64,000 bases of DNA from contig CP068257.2 in the NCBI GenBank assembly GCA_009914755.4, forward strand, positions 25,344,001 through 25,408,000, read 5' to 3'. The stretch comes from the human T2T-CHM13v2.0 reference genome, Homo sapiens. Positions 26,984-40,924 of the stretch are shown in pieces; position 1 is the stretch's first letter; each line of letters opens with the position of its first letter. The position numbers and the translations under genes are program-made. The notes beneath the pieces were generated by a model, which was not told the DNA's origin, ran no database searches, and worked only from the letters and a program-made list of their open reading frames with translations.

Positions 26984-27517
26984 AAAAAAAAAAGTAAATA
27001 AAAAAACTAAGGTTGATACAGGTGCTTGTGACAAAGCCAATAGCTCAGACAACATTTCCCCTGCAAACTCAGATTCCATTAATTCACGGAAAAGTTTCTC
27101 TTTTTGACATGTGCAATTAGAAAAATTAGAACAGTGGCTGGACTCTATGTTACTGAAATGCAAGGGTGTGTACAAATGAAGGTTATGGAAGAGGATGTGC
27201 TCCAATAATAAATGAGAAAGCTGGGCAAGTTCATGAAATATTTCAATTTGAGAAGGTACCAGTTTGCCAGAGACTAACAGGTCCTACTCAAAGTCTTCTA
27301 GTGTTTTATCTACTTCCCTAATTTTAAATTAAGAATCTCAGTACATCCAATGGGGACCCTGGGATATTCAGACGTAGTTTAAGAATTGAGAACCATCCAG
27401 CTGCTGAATCTTGAGTAAGAAGGCAAAGACTACAGTAAGCTGATAGGAACACATGTTCTCTTATCTTTATGCCTTTCTGCAGGGAGGCAATCATAAAACA
27501 GGATGAGGAAAACACTC

Positions 27518-27901
27518 TGATTTGGTTTGGCTGTGTCTCTACCCAAATCTCATCTTGAATTATAGCTTCTATAATTCCCATGCATTGTAGGAGCGACCTG
27601 TTGGGAGGTAATTGAATCACAGGGACAGGCCTTACCCATGCTGTTCTCATGATAGTGAATAAGTCTCAGGAGATCTGATGGTTTTATAAAGGTGAATTCC
27701 CCTGCACAAGCTCCTCTTGCCTGCCTCCATGTAAAACATCTCTTTGCTCTTCCTTTGTCTTCCACCATGATTGTGAGGCATCTGGAACAACTCCTGAACT
27801 AGGATTACATGTGGAACTGTGAGTCCATTAAACTTATTTCCTTTATAAATTACCCAGTCTCAGCTATGTCTTTATTAGCAACATGAGAACAGACTAATAC
27901 A
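27518..27901 (+). mobile_element. MaLR LTR, THE1/MST family (full-length solo LTR, plus strand)
   Basis: 'tgatttggtttggctgtgtctctacccaaatctcatcttgaattatagcttctataattcccatgcattgtaggagcgacctgttgggaggtaattgaatcacaggg...ctgtgagtccattaaacttatttcctttataaattacccagtctcagctatgtctttattagcaacatgagaacagactaataca'. Confidence 0.85.
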
Positions 27902-29706
27902 TCCTCCTGGAAACTTTTCAGCTGACTTAGTCCAGCAGAAACACCATCACAACACCTAAGTGAAGGATGAAGGGTGAAGCCTGTGACAATGGCTTTCATA
28001 GTGGATTTCTCGAACAGGATTTATTTTCTGTGACAGAGATGTGTCTCTGATGCCATATCTATAAAATATCAATAAAGCTGATAAAGAAAATGCCAAATCG
28101 GAAGTGGCTGAGGGGAGAATTTTCCCACAATACTTTGAAAGAACCCCATTGATAATTTTTCTTCTCTTCATCAAAGATTGGGAAAACAGTGAATCAAAGT
28201 TGGGCACTTCAAATTAGATGGAGTAGAGTTGTTTATATGATTTTTTTTTAGTAATGTTGCTTTCCCACATCCTATTCTGACTCTTTTTAAACTTCATGTT
28301 GGCCATTCAAAGCAAGGGGACATTTTTAGAGGCATGTTAACTTGCTATGGAGACAGTGACCCTAGCATTTGGGGCTTCTGTGGGAAGGAAGGCCTTAGCC
28401 ACAGGCAATTCCTGTTGACGTTCACAGTGAGGCAGCATCTGAGACGATCCTTCTACTCTTCAAAGTGTAATAAAAGACATATTTTTAAAAGTGAGTACTC
28501 ATTTAGTGAATGCTTCCAAGTAATCTTCCACCTAACAACTTAGGGCAGAGAGTTTGTACTTCGGAATATATCGGGAAGATACATGTATTTGTTATCACCT
28601 ATTTTTACATTTATTTTTATTGAAATAGATATTTAGGCCACTACCCTAGTTTTGTAGCTACATACTGGCAGAAAATTCTTAAGTTATTAGCAAGATTCAT
28701 GAAAATAACAAAGATAGAACAAATATAGTTCGTGTGAAATGAAGAGTTAACGACAATGTCAAAGGGGAAGTCATAGGAAGATGCAGATTTACTCACTTCA
28801 GCTCTGTACTGGAAACTCTTATTTTTTCTCCTTTACAAAAATCTACGAACTATATTTTGCTTTGTTAATTTGAACAACTTAGGTTTCTTCTTTGTTATTT
28901 TTCACTCATGTAGGTGCAGAGATATAAAATCAGTGATTTTGAAGAGTAACTAAAAATGAATTAATAGCCATACATTTATGCAGACAGAACTTTATTTTTA
29001 TCATCTGTTTGTCTAAATAAATAAAAAAGAAGTAACCAAACCAATTTTTCCTTTGCTGTTTGTTATTAGTCATTCAAATATTTGCCTTCTCATTGAGTTA
29101 GCGTTTTAGTCAAAATAGCTTTCAATATGCTAAAATAAGTAAACTATTAAGTTCTGGTGGAGTTTTTAAATTAAAAATAATTTATTATGCAGTGATGTAT
29201 ATTAAATGGATAGTTTAATATATGTATATGTAAATAATGTTTTTAAATAGCATTATATTTAATATAATATTTAAATAAATGTTGCCCACATTTAAAAATT
29301 TCTTATTTGTTTTTAGTTTAGTAGCTCTAAAAATTCTTTAAAATATAATACAAAATAAAACACAGTAGATTCTGTCAATTACTGAAGAGTGTATGCATAT
29401 ATAACATACCTATATGTTACACATATATAACATGCACATGTATAACAACATATAATGCTTTTCTTTGTTGTTTTTCCAAGGGCCATTATTATAAAATCAG
29501 AGATATGTTCTTCCAGAAAATGTTTGACTTGAAACATAATGGAAAATTTTAAATTAAATAACATTTAATTTTAAGTAAAAACATCTTCTGACATGATATA
29601 AATTCTCAACCTATTATTGTAATGAATTTTACCCTAATATATTAACTGGTAAAAAATATGAAAAAATACCTAAGGTTGAAATTTCTTCTTAAAATATACG
29701 TGCTAA

Positions 29707-30020
<314 letters not shown>

Positions 30021-30661
30021 ATATAGGTGCTAACTTTAAATAATAAAGTGCCATTTACCTCCATTAAAATAAAAAATGTTTAAATTATAATAGAGCAATT
30101 AAGGAAGATTTGGAAGAAATTGATATGCTCATGTGAAGAAAAACAATTCATTCAGAGAGACCACTGATTATTTTTTCTTGCAATTTATCCCGAGAGACTT
30201 AGCATGAGGGAAAATAAGAACAATAGAAGAAAGCTATTTCCCAAACTGTTCTTTTCTTGTATACAATAATTCAATATTTGCTAAATAGGGGAGTAGTTAA
30301 TTAAATCAAGGCCTATTTACTTAATCAAAATATGTGCCATTAAAAGAAAATTTATAAATATTTTGTAAGAATATGGATATAGTGTTAAGTTGGAAAAAAT
30401 AAAAATTGTTCTTGTTGTAATAGTGTTAACAACACATTAGAAGTACGTGTATATATTTGATAGTAGTCATTGCAGTGGTTAGGATAGTGAGATTATAGGT
30501 AAAATTTCTCTATTTTTCGTAATTTTATGATATCACGATATCACCTGTATAATGCAAAATAAACTTAAAGGTATTATAATACATTTGGAATTCTAAACCC
30601 CAGTGAAAGCTCTTTATTATTTCCTATGTACCAGACAGTTAAACCCAATGATACTTAGAAA

Positions 30662-30995
30662 GTAAAGGCAAAAAAGCAAGTGAGAATCTTCCTGAAGCTG
30701 GAAGCCATTACCTTCAGCAGACTAACACTCAGGAACAGGAAACCAAACACTGCACGCTCTGACTTATAAGTGAGAGCTGAACACTGAGAACGCATAGACA
30801 CAGGGGAGGAGAACAACACACACTAGGGCCTGTCAGGGGGCGGCGGGAGGGAGTGCATCAAGATAAACAGCAAACAGGGCTTCATACCTAGGTGATGTGG
30901 GTTGATAGGTGCCCCAACCCACCATGGCACACGTTTACCTGTACACAAACCTGCATGTCCTGCGCATGTATCCTGGAACTTTAAAAAATGTATTT
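30662..30995 (+). mobile_element. LINE-1 3'-end fragment (~335 bp, L1PA-type), plus strand
   Basis: 'gaagctggaagccattaccttcagcagactaacactcaggaacaggaaaccaaacactgcacgctctgacttataagtgagagctgaacactgagaacgcatagacacaggggaggagaacaacacacactagggcctgtcagggggcgg...ggtgccccaacccaccatggcacacgtttacctgtacacaaacctgcatgtcctgcgcatgtatcctggaactttaaaaaatg'. This parallels the L1 ORF2 end and 3'UTR. Confidence 0.8.
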
Positions 30996-33002
30996 TCTAT
31001 ATCCACTCTCATTATTCTGTGTTGTGCATTATTCACAATAGTCCAGGATAAGCTGTGATAAGAAACATGCCCGGCCTGTCAGAGTCAGAACATATCAACA
31101 GTTTATTTCTCAATTGCATGGTGCCTGGTGACTCTGTGCTGACTCTTCTGCTAGTAGCTACACTTGGCTTGTAAATTCTCTACCATCAGGGGAAGAGAAA
31201 GAGGAGGCACACAAGCTTTTAACTGACTTGTTCCAGAAGATACACACAACACTTCCACACACAGAACATCTACTGAAAGTCTGTTGATCAGCAGGAGACA
31301 CAGTCCTGACGGTTAACTTCAAAGAGGTCTGGGGAATGTTGCAGAAGGCCATGGCCTATTAGATAATCTCTGTCACATTCAGAAAGCAATAAAGTTCTTT
31401 GTTCAAACGACTAAGACCTCCACAAACAATGATTCAAATTCACTTTCTATCACTCACCAGCAAATAATCAGACATGTGGAAATGACCATTACGGAATTCA
31501 AAGCTAGAAGTGATGCAGAAAGCTCCTCTCCTTAGAGGGGCAGCTTGAGACTTTATTTTCCTCAATTTGATGTATTCTGATTCATCAGGTGATAGCTGGA
31601 AGCTTCGAGTCTTATACCTCAGCCTGTCTAACCCTTGTTTGGGATAGTGATGTACTCTCTTTCGGGTATCCTCTGTTCTGTTTAGTTTCTCTCTTCCTTG
31701 GCATATGGCTTTCACTTAGATTTACAATTACTATTTTTCTCAACAGGAATGTCCTTCTCTGACATCATTTCTCCTTCTTTTACTATTCTCCAGCATTGTT
31801 TTAGGTGCCAGGAATTCTTATGTGATTAAGACCGGAAACAATGTGACCCTCTTGGAGATTACTTCCTGTTGGTGGAGGGGCCATACATGAGAAAAAAAAG
31901 AGGGCCTTCAGGCCTTCTGGAGAGGACTGCCCAGCTGCTATCCTCCACAGCTCTGTCCATCATTATTTGCCTTGTGACTAAAAGGACCAATCTCATCATG
32001 CGCTTTATTGCTGGAATGTCAGTCATCTCGTATGTTTATTTCTCATCTCCCTATAGAGTATGGGGTTACTTTTCTGATTGCATCTCCCACTCCCTGCTCA
32101 TATCCCTCCCACTCAGCATCATTTTAATCCCTTCTATGGTTTTGATGACACAGTCAAAATGCTTATACCTTATCTTTCCAAAGAAGGTTTCATTCTCCTT
32201 CTTGCCCTGGCTTGCTGCTGATTATACAGCTCATCTTGGTGTGTCAAGTAGTAGCTGTATCTCACCAACAAGCTTGGCATCATGGGCTGCAAATGGAGGA
32301 AGTGTGCTTTTTGCCTCTCTCTGAAGTTCTGAAACAATTCTTACTTCCTCCTTCCTAAAGTGCCCCCCTTTTCCCCTTTAAATCTCAAGCCTTCAGACTA
32401 AACCATTTTCTCTCCTTTCTCGTGCAAGTGCCTACTGATCTCAAAACAAATCCCTTTATTCCCTGATGACATTAGCCCCCAGGTGAACGTCACATGCACC
32501 AAAGTATTCCTCTAATAATTTTTGTGAATATCTGTGTAAACCTTTCCTTCGATGGACCTCTTCATGTTTTACTTCCTTTGGAGTTATCTTATTCTCCACC
32601 TACGTCAGTCACTACTCGTACAGTCATAGTTAGGTTAACAGCAATTGAAAACCCTCTATACTCTCAATTTCAAGTGTGTCTCCTCCTGACCCTTACTTAC
32701 TACCATGCTAACTTATGTCTTTCCGGTAGCCTGACTTCAACAATCTTCTGATCCCCACATAGACTCACAAGCCATTCATCCCATTGCCTTTTCATTGCCC
32801 CATGCCCCCTAATGTTAGAGTGATCATATGTTCTGGTTTTCCCAGGAGAGTTTTGGTTTAAACCTGGTAGCTCAGCATAATAATTAACAGTGCTCTAGTT
32901 TAGATAATAAATTATGTGGTTACTCTGCCTAATGCTCTCACTTCCCTTCTTATTTGGCCAAAATTCTGTAGACAATTGTTATAAACATAACCTTGTACAG
33001 AC

Positions 33003-33426
33003 AGTTGACCCTTAAACAATGTGGCAGATAAGAGTGCAGACTTCTTGCGCAGTCAAAAATTCATGTATAACTTTTGACTCCTCCAAAACTGAACTACTAA
33101 TAGCCTACTGTTAACTGGAAGCCTTACTAATAACACAAACAGTCAACACGTATTTTGTGTGTTATTTGTATTGTATAACGTATTCTTGCAATTAAGCTAG
33201 AGAAGAGAAAATGTCATTCAGAAAATCATGAAAAAGGGAAAATATACTTACTATTCATTAAGTTTAAGTGGATCATCATAAAGGTCTTTATCCTTATTGT
33301 CGTCAGGTTAAGTAAGCTGAGGAGGAGGATAAGGAGGAGTTGGTCTTGGTATCTGAGAGGTGGAAGAGGCAGAAGAAAATCTCTGTACCAGTGGACCCAT
33401 TTGAAATTCATTTACATGGTCAACTG
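33003..33426. mobile_element. Tigger-type (Tc1/mariner) non-autonomous DNA transposon with terminal inverted repeats
   Basis: 5' end 'cagttgacccttaaacaatgtggcagataagagtgcagacttcttgcgcagtcaaaaattcatgtataacttttgactcc'. 3' end '...ccagtggacccatttgaaattcatttacatggtcaactg'. The termini are inverse complements (cagttgaccc / gggtcaactg). The interior carries the diagnostic 'gaggaggaggataaggaggag' tract. This matches a recalled consensus 'cagttgacccttgaacaacacgggtttgaactgcgcgggtccacttatacg...'. Confidence 0.7.
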
Positions 33427-33516
33427 AACTTTACAACTGCCTTGTTCCTCTTCCCCATAATCAATGCTATGCCAAAAGCCCCAAGTCAGGTTAAATTCAA
33501 CTCTGCAAATGTCTTA

Positions 33517-33541
33517 CATCTGCATCTGCATCTGCATCTCA
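33517..33541. repeat. (TCTGCA)n hexanucleotide microsatellite (about 4 units)
   Basis: 'catctgcatctgcatctgcatctc'. Confidence 0.8.
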
Positions 33542-33829
33542 GTGTGGCTGGAATTAAATAGAATACCATGCTGTCAGACCTCATGTTAAATTTGTGACCT
33601 CTAACTTTTTGCTGTCGAATAATTATACTATATTACCCCAGTTAATTTATTCATCCACTCTCCTAGGTGATCAGTTTATATGTTTAGTTTTTTTCCTCCG
33701 TGAACTTTTAAAACTTCTTAACCTATCTGCATACTGAGCTGATGATCTCGTCTTGTATTTCTCTAAGAAAAGGGAAGCAATCAGAAAATAACTTCCTCAA
33801 ACTTCCACTCCATGGGGAACCTGCATAGC

Positions 33830-34440
33830 ACCAAACCCTCCACCTGGGCACCAGCTCCCACCCAACCCCGGCTATTTGACTCTTCTCTTTTTTTCATATC
33901 CCAGACACAATCTACCTACAAATATTGTCAGTTCTATCTTCAAAATAACCAAAATAATCTCTCTATATTTACTGCTTCTACCTTAATCCAAGCCACTGAC
34001 TTCTCTCAACTAGACAATTGCTTTTGCCGAATAACTGCTTCTGACCCAGAAGTCCTTGCCTATTTGCAGCAGAGTTGTTAAATGATATTGTTAGGATATA
34101 AACTACATCATGTAATTCTTCTTTTCAAATCCTCCTTGTGGTGACCCATCTCATTAGAATAAAGACAAAATTCAACAATGACTTACAAAGGTCTATAAAT
34201 GTCTGGCCTCCTTCCCCATCCCGACTGTTTTTTGCATTGGCTGTTTCCTGCCCTACAAATGTCTTCTTACCTACTCTCAACCCCCACCCCACACTGTCAC
34301 CAGGACTTAACTCAACAGAACACTTTCTCCATGAGGACTCTCTAGTCCACTCTGGTCCAAATGGAAGGACTCCAACCCAAGCCAGGCTCTCCAATCCCTA
34401 GTCCCTACCTTGTTTTTCTCCTTAGGATCTCTTGTCTCTT
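33830..34440 (+). mobile_element. Possible L2/MIR-related ancient LINE 3'-end relic
   Basis: Compositional and word similarity to L2 3' ends ('...ccttccccatcccgactg...cttcttacctactctcaacccccaccccacactgtcacc...ccaagccaggctctccaatccc'). The match is weak. A similar segment lies at ~32330-32760. Confidence 0.3.
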
Positions 34441-34572
34441 TTTTTTTATAACCACTTCTTTTATTTAGAGAATTAATATATAGTTACATATTTTACGTAT
34501 ATACATATTCCATTTTTCTGGAATTTTATCCATGACTTTCTAAAAATTCATTGGGAAAAAAACATTATTTTT

Positions 34573-34871
34573 GGCCAGGCGCGGTGACTCATGACTGTAA
34601 TGCCAGCACTTTGGGAGGCCGAGGCAGGTGGATCAAGAGGTCAGGAGATGGAGACCATCCTGGCTAACATGGTGAAACCCCTTACCTACTAAAAATACAA
34701 AAAATTAACCAGGTGTGGTGGCACGCTCCTGTAATCCCAGCTACTCAGAAGGTTGAGGCAGGAGAATAGCCTGAACCTGGGAGGTAGAGGTTGCAGTGAG
34801 CTGAGATCACACAACTGCACCCCAGCATGGGTGACAGAGTGAGACTCCATCTCAAAGAAAAAAAAAAAAAA
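34573..34871 (+). mobile_element. Alu SINE, full length, plus strand
   Basis: 'ggccaggcgcggtgactcatgactgtaatgccagcactttgggaggccgaggcaggtggatcaagaggtcaggagatggagaccatcctggctaacatggtgaaacccc...ccagcatgggtgacagagtgagactccatctcaaagaaaaaaaaaaaaaa'. Confidence 0.95.
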
Positions 34872-35411
34872 CCATGTTATTTTTATGAATGCAAAATCTG
34901 ATGGCGTGGTGGTGAGAGACATGGCTGGAAAACTCCCTTTCTTGGTTAGTATCGGTAATATCTTAGACAAATTGTATGGACATTTTGATGTTCAGTTTCC
35001 TTATTATTTTAATGAAGAAAAGACTAAAATTGCACTTTATCTTTTCTTTATTATTTGAGGGTTAAATACAAATGTTCATAAAATACTTATAAAACAAGAT
35101 TATAATTGTTTTATACAATTATACAATTAAAACAAGATTAAATTGATAATAAATTTCTTTAATTAGCTGTTATTATTCCCAGAATTAGATTGGCTGCTAA
35201 TAAATTGAATGATAAGTTCAGCCTATATTATATTTCAACCTTCATCAGGTCTTCACATCCTTTCTGTGAGGTTATCTGATGATGAGTGTAATGGATAAGT
35301 CTAAAATTGTTAGGAAATTGAGGCTTAGCACATTTTTAATTTCACTTTTATTATGGCCCGTGTTGAAATGCAAAATTTCTGTAGGTTTGATGTTTGCTAA
35401 AGGCACTGGGA

Positions 35412-35414
<3 letters not shown>

Positions 35415-35453
<39 letters not shown>
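35415..35453. repeat. (AC)n dinucleotide microsatellite (about 19 units)
   Basis: Direct read 'acacacacac...' at 35415-35453. Confidence 0.95.
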
Positions 35454-35456
<3 letters not shown>

Positions 35457-37948
35457 TCCTTATATGACTAATTCAAACACCTTTATTTTAAAACTCTAAG
35501 TCAGCAACAATAAGAATTTTAGGTGGACCCAGTTACAGTTCTCATAATGCTTGGTTGTTCACTTCATCTGAATTTTCAGCAAAGAAAAAGCCAAGTTTAA
35601 AGTGATGAAATATTTAACTCAGAAAGAGTAGTTGTTTGAGCATCTCTGGATTTTTATAAAGCTGGATTCCAAAAGAATGACAGAAAACATGGCTTTATTT
35701 AATGGTTTCTACATAAGAAAACAATAGTATTACAACATTAAGCCTAAAAGAAACCTGTATTATTTCGTATACTTTCTAATTGGGTGAAATCTAAACTTCT
35801 TTGAAATAAAACTTTTATGACAATGCAGGGATGTTAGTAGGTCATTAAGTTTCTCTTGCAGAGAAAAATGAATAATAAAGATTGTTAAAATATTCACCAT
35901 TATATAAAGATAGAGTGAAAAAGGCTTTCCCTTAAATTGTAGAATAAAATCTTTCTGTCCATTAGTGTCTACAATTACAAACATAACTATGCAGTCTTAC
36001 ACACATAAAAACATATTTGTTTTAAATGTTACCTTCAAAATGTCTTATAGTTAGGGTTTGGGAAATGAAAACACTTACATGTATGCATGCACACACACAC
36101 AAACACACAACGCACACAAAAGATTGGTGATGAACCACATTTAAAATAAAACATTCTTGCTGATGAAAAGTGTTTTAAAGAGTAAGTCATTATTGGCTTT
36201 ATCTCTGAAAAGCTCTATTCCATTGCAGTTAATTACTTCTCACTATAGGAGGAGTATTAGAATTGGAAACAGCCTTCAACTCCCACCATCTAAATACCAG
36301 TATAATGTACACCCACCCTTCTGCCAGAACTGATTGTTGCAAAAGGAATAATTTGAACCAGCAATACTTAAGTAAGAAGAACACACACCAATCTGGCCTT
36401 CTTTGTGAATTGCTTAAAACAATAGATTCTTGGCAGAATAACCTACAAAAGTTGCTCTTTACAGCAAGGATTAGTATTAGCCAATATTTCTTCTTAATTT
36501 CTTCAGGATAACCGAAGGGTGGAAATAATGTGAGGATAGGTCAACACTCCAACAGTCTTCAAATTGGCAATTAATATTTTGTGAAATGCCTGCTTTTAAT
36601 TATCAATATCCATATTGGCCAGTTAACAGGTAAAATTCCTTAACTTCTCAAGGAATGCATGCAGACTTAAATCAGCAATTTCTGTTAATAATTTCTCCTT
36701 TGGAAAACCTATACCATATCAAGTGAAGCCTCTCCGCTGTCCCCATCTTGCAAACAGACTTGATTGCTATCATGTCTTGTAAGCAGTTGAAAAGCTATAA
36801 CCGTCAAACCATGCACAACATCATAACTCTGCTTCAACAAATTGGAGGCAAACCAAACTACTACATGCAGTCAGCCTGCTCAGAATTCTCTTCTTCAGAT
36901 GACATGGACTTTTTCACTTTCTGAGGCATGAGCAGCACCAGCCTGGAAAGGCATTGGGAAACATAATTGCACACGAAGCGTGTGCAGGGTAATGAAGCGA
37001 ACGGCCCTGATGCACAAACATTGTGACCGTGCAGGAGCAAATCTCACAGGGAAATGAAAAGACCTTCAAAAGGAAAACTGAGCCAGTCCTGTGACCTGGC
37101 TTTCCTCTTACCCTGGTTTGAAAACTAGCATCAAGGGAGATAATCTCAAAGGCAATAGGTGATGACAACTCAAAATAGCTGGCTGAGTATAGTGACAGCA
37201 AGTGCCAATATATAATTCCCCACCCCTTTCACCACTACCATGCCTGAAGTTCCAGATTCTCTGCTAATGACCAATTCGTTTAAGTTAGGAACAACCCCTC
37301 CTTTCAAACAAAATCTAATCCTGGGACAGTTTAATGAGATTATCAGCCATATATCCTTTATTTGAATTTATTTTATTTTATCAGATTGCTTTCTTTCTAA
37401 TATCTACTTGAAATTTACAGAAACAAGAAAAGAGGAATTTTTAATGAAGGAAAGAGAGAGAAAAGGTCATTTGTAACCAAGAAAACTATGAGAACAACTT
37501 TAATGTCTCTTCAAAGCTTTGGGCTTTGTAAATCAGAAGACAAAAATTAGAATGTGGGCTTCAGACCCTGAAGGATTGGATGCGGAGAAGCAGCCAGAGG
37601 GCTGAACACCAAGATCGCCAAGAGTTTTGCTGAAGACTTCCATTGCTCTCTAACTTATACTTCGGTACTTGTGCAATGAGAAAATGTGCCAACTATCTCA
37701 GTTTATTAATGAAATAGTTATTTTTCTTGGAATAGAATTTAACAAAAATTCATGGTATTTCACATTCGCCCATGTCTATTTTGAAATCTGGCATTGTTTA
37801 TCCTCTTTCCTAGGCTTCTTAAAATTCACCCACCCCAAACAGACACACATTCCCACTTGATCCAGTTAAGGATATAGAAAACAGATTACTGTAATTCTTT
37901 GCTTCTGAAACTCAGACACATGCATCTTCTAGAAAGTATATTAATCTA

Positions 37949-38415
<467 letters not shown>

Positions 38416-39726
38416 TCCTCTTTTTTGCAAGTAATGCAAAACAACATTTTTACATTAAAAGAGATATAGATCTATTTTAGATAGGTTTCAAAATTTACGC
38501 TGTTCTAAACACGTCCAAGAAATTTCCTGCTTCTGTGAATCACTATCATTTACATCTCTAGACCCTCTGTGTGTATTTTTTTTCTGTTTTAAATGTATGT
38601 TTGTGGGAAAGTTTTTAAAGCTCTTTGAATAGCATTCTTTTGGAACTAGTTCTGCCACTTAATAGTTATGTGAACATAGCACATTTCTTCTCTAGTCTAA
38701 ATCTATTTCTTCATCTGGAAATTAAAGACATGGAAATAATACCCTCTCAGTTCCTTTGTGGAGACAGAATTGTAATATTATATGACTACTTTACATCATC
38801 AGTTATGATTGAAAGTGCTGGAGCTCTCAGAGCCACATTTCATGACCCTTGTTTGACAGGAACTTTGCTAACAGATGCAGGGAGGGACAGCCTTTGGAAT
38901 TCCTTGAGGTAATGTTATGTTATACCAAAAATATCTACTAGGGTTTTACAGAAATGCCAAACATTTTCGTAGAGTCTTTGGAATTCCTGTAGAAGGGTTT
39001 TACATAGGAGCCATCATTTTTAGTGTACAAATTTTCTTGTGATTTCATCATGGAACATTTTAGTCTTCCAAATATATTTTTGAGAAACAACTTTGAGAGA
39101 GAATTTTTTTTTCATAAGATAAAGAGCCCTCATTAAGAAGTGTGAAAATTTTCTTAATTTCAATAGAAGAATAATATTCTAAAGTCTCAATATAGATATG
39201 TGAGAATATAGAAAATACTTTTCATTTTGGGACAGGTCATTTATAAAAGGTAATTTATTTGACAATTTCACCATTTTCAATGCCTAAAAAAGATAAGTTT
39301 GGCATGATGCACCACTATCATTTTGTTGCTTTAAAAAATACATTGCTAATTAGACCTTGGAAACAACATTTTTAGAGTTTGTTTTGCAGAGAAACACAGA
39401 TACTCCTTAAGGTGACATGAACACTTGGTAGCAGAATAGAAATAATAGTAATCAATATATTGTTGAGTCTGGACACTCCATGACCCTTAAACTACTAAAG
39501 GACAGTGTTAATGACATCATGGTCAAAGATTCTCATCTACTGTAAACAGGCCAGTTAGCTCAGTAAAGCTCTACACCAGGGCAGATATGATCTTTAAATG
39601 GTGTGTGAAAGAAAACCTCACAACTCAGAATGAGTTATGAGAAAGTGTGTTCATCACATTCTAGTCAGGAAAAACAACTTTTCACCCTAAGATAAAAACA
39701 AAGCAAAATAAGACAAAGCAAACTCT

Positions 39727-40793
39727 TGCGGGAAGTCAGGGACCCCAAATGGAGGGACCAGCTGAAGCCATGGCAGAAGAACGTGGATTGTGAAGATTTC
39801 ATGGACATTTATTAGTTCCCCAAATTAATGCTTTTGTAATTTCCTATGCCTGTCTTTACTGCAGTCTCTAAACATAAGTTGTAAAGATTTCATGGACACT
39901 TATCACTTCCCTAATCAATACCCTTGTGATTTCCTATGCCTGTCTTTAATTTAAGCTCTTAATCCTGTCAGTTGAGGAGGATGTATATCATCTCAGGACC
40001 CTGTAATAATTGCGTTAACTACACAAATTGTACACCATGTGTGTTTGAGCAATATGAAATGTGGGCACCCTGAAAAAAGAACAGGATAACAGCAATTGTT
40101 CGGGGAATAAGAGAGATAACCTTAAACTCTGATCGCCGGTGAGCCGGGCAGAACAGAGCCATATTTCTCTTCTTTCAAAAGCAAATGGGAGAAATATCGC
40201 TGAATTCTTTTTCTCAGCATGGGATATCCCTGAGAAAGAGAATGCGCACCTAGGGGTAGGTCTCTGAACTGGCCCCCCCGCCCGGGGCGTACCTGTCTCT
40301 TATGGTTGAGACTGCAGGGGTGAAATAAACTCCAGTCTCCCATAGCGCTCCCAGGCTTATTAGGAAGAGGAAATTCCCACTTAATAAATTTTGGTCAGAC
40401 TAGTTGATCTCAAAACCCTGTCTCCTGATAAGATGTTATCAATGACAATGGTGCCCAAAACTTCATTAGCAATTTTAATTTCCCCTGTGGTCCTGTAATC
40501 TCACCCTGCCTCCACTTGCCTTGTGATACTCTATTACCCTGTTAAGTACTTGATGTCTGTCACCCACACCTATTCGTATACTCCTTCCCCTTTTGAAAGT
40601 CCCTAATAAAAACTTGCTGGTTTTTGTGGCCTGTGGGGCATCACGGATCCTACCAACGTGTGATGTCTCCCCCGGACTCCCAGCTTTAAAATTTCTCTCT
40701 TTTGTACTCTCTCCCTTTATTTCTCAAGCCAGCCGACACTTAGGAAAATAGAAAAGAACCTACGTGATTATCGGGGCAGGTCTCCCGATAGCA
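39727..40793 (+). mobile_element. HERV9 LTR12-family solo LTR (~1.07 kb) with a U3 tandem duplication
   Basis: 'tgcgggaagtcagggaccccaaatggagggaccagctgaagccatggcagaagaacgtggattgtgaagatttcatggacatttattagttcccc...cctgaaaaaagaacaggataacagcaattgttcggggaataagagagataacc...gtccctaataaaaacttgctggtttttgtggcctgtggggcatcacggatcctaccaacgtgtgatgtctcccccggactcccagctttaaaatttctctcttttgtactctctccctttatttctcaagccagccgacacttaggaaaatagaaaagaacctacgtgattatcggggcaggtctcccgatagca'. This is strongly reminiscent of the LTR12/LTR12C consensus. A ~91-bp unit ('gt[ga]aagatttcatggaca[tc]tta...tttcctatgcctgtctttaat') is repeated at 39790-39860 and 39881-39950. A GC-box-like 'ggcccccccgcccggggcg' lies at 40271-40289 and AATAAA at 40605-40610. 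No HERV9 internal sequence or primer-binding site follows, so this is a solo LTR. Confidence 0.85.
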
Positions 40794-40924
40794 AACAATA
40801 TTTACATTACTTGTAATGGCAAAAATCGCAATTTCTTTTGCACAAACCTAATATAAAGTGTTGTGCTTTCCAGCTCTAGTTCCTCTCAAATGAATGAAAC
40901 ATTGGTGGGATTGTTAATTTAAGG

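Noticed and set aside
26687-27205. Longest ORF in the track (172 aa, minus strand)
   Set aside because: It runs through the antisense of the Alu at 26703-26983. The translation contains the typical Alu-antisense peptide '...[31 protein letters not shown]...' and has no start context or protein-like composition. It is a repeat-derived spurious ORF.
31869-32324. 151-aa ORF on the plus strand in non-repeat sequence
   Set aside because: The translation is dominated by Ser/Leu/Ile runs ('...SLLISLPLSIILIPSMVLM...SFSFLPWLAADYTAHLGVSSSSCISPTSLASW...'). I recognise no domain-like motifs, and the surrounding sequence resembles an ancient L2/MIR-type relic. I see no splice-site-bounded exon structure that I can justify. 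It is most likely a chance ORF in AT/CT-rich DNA.
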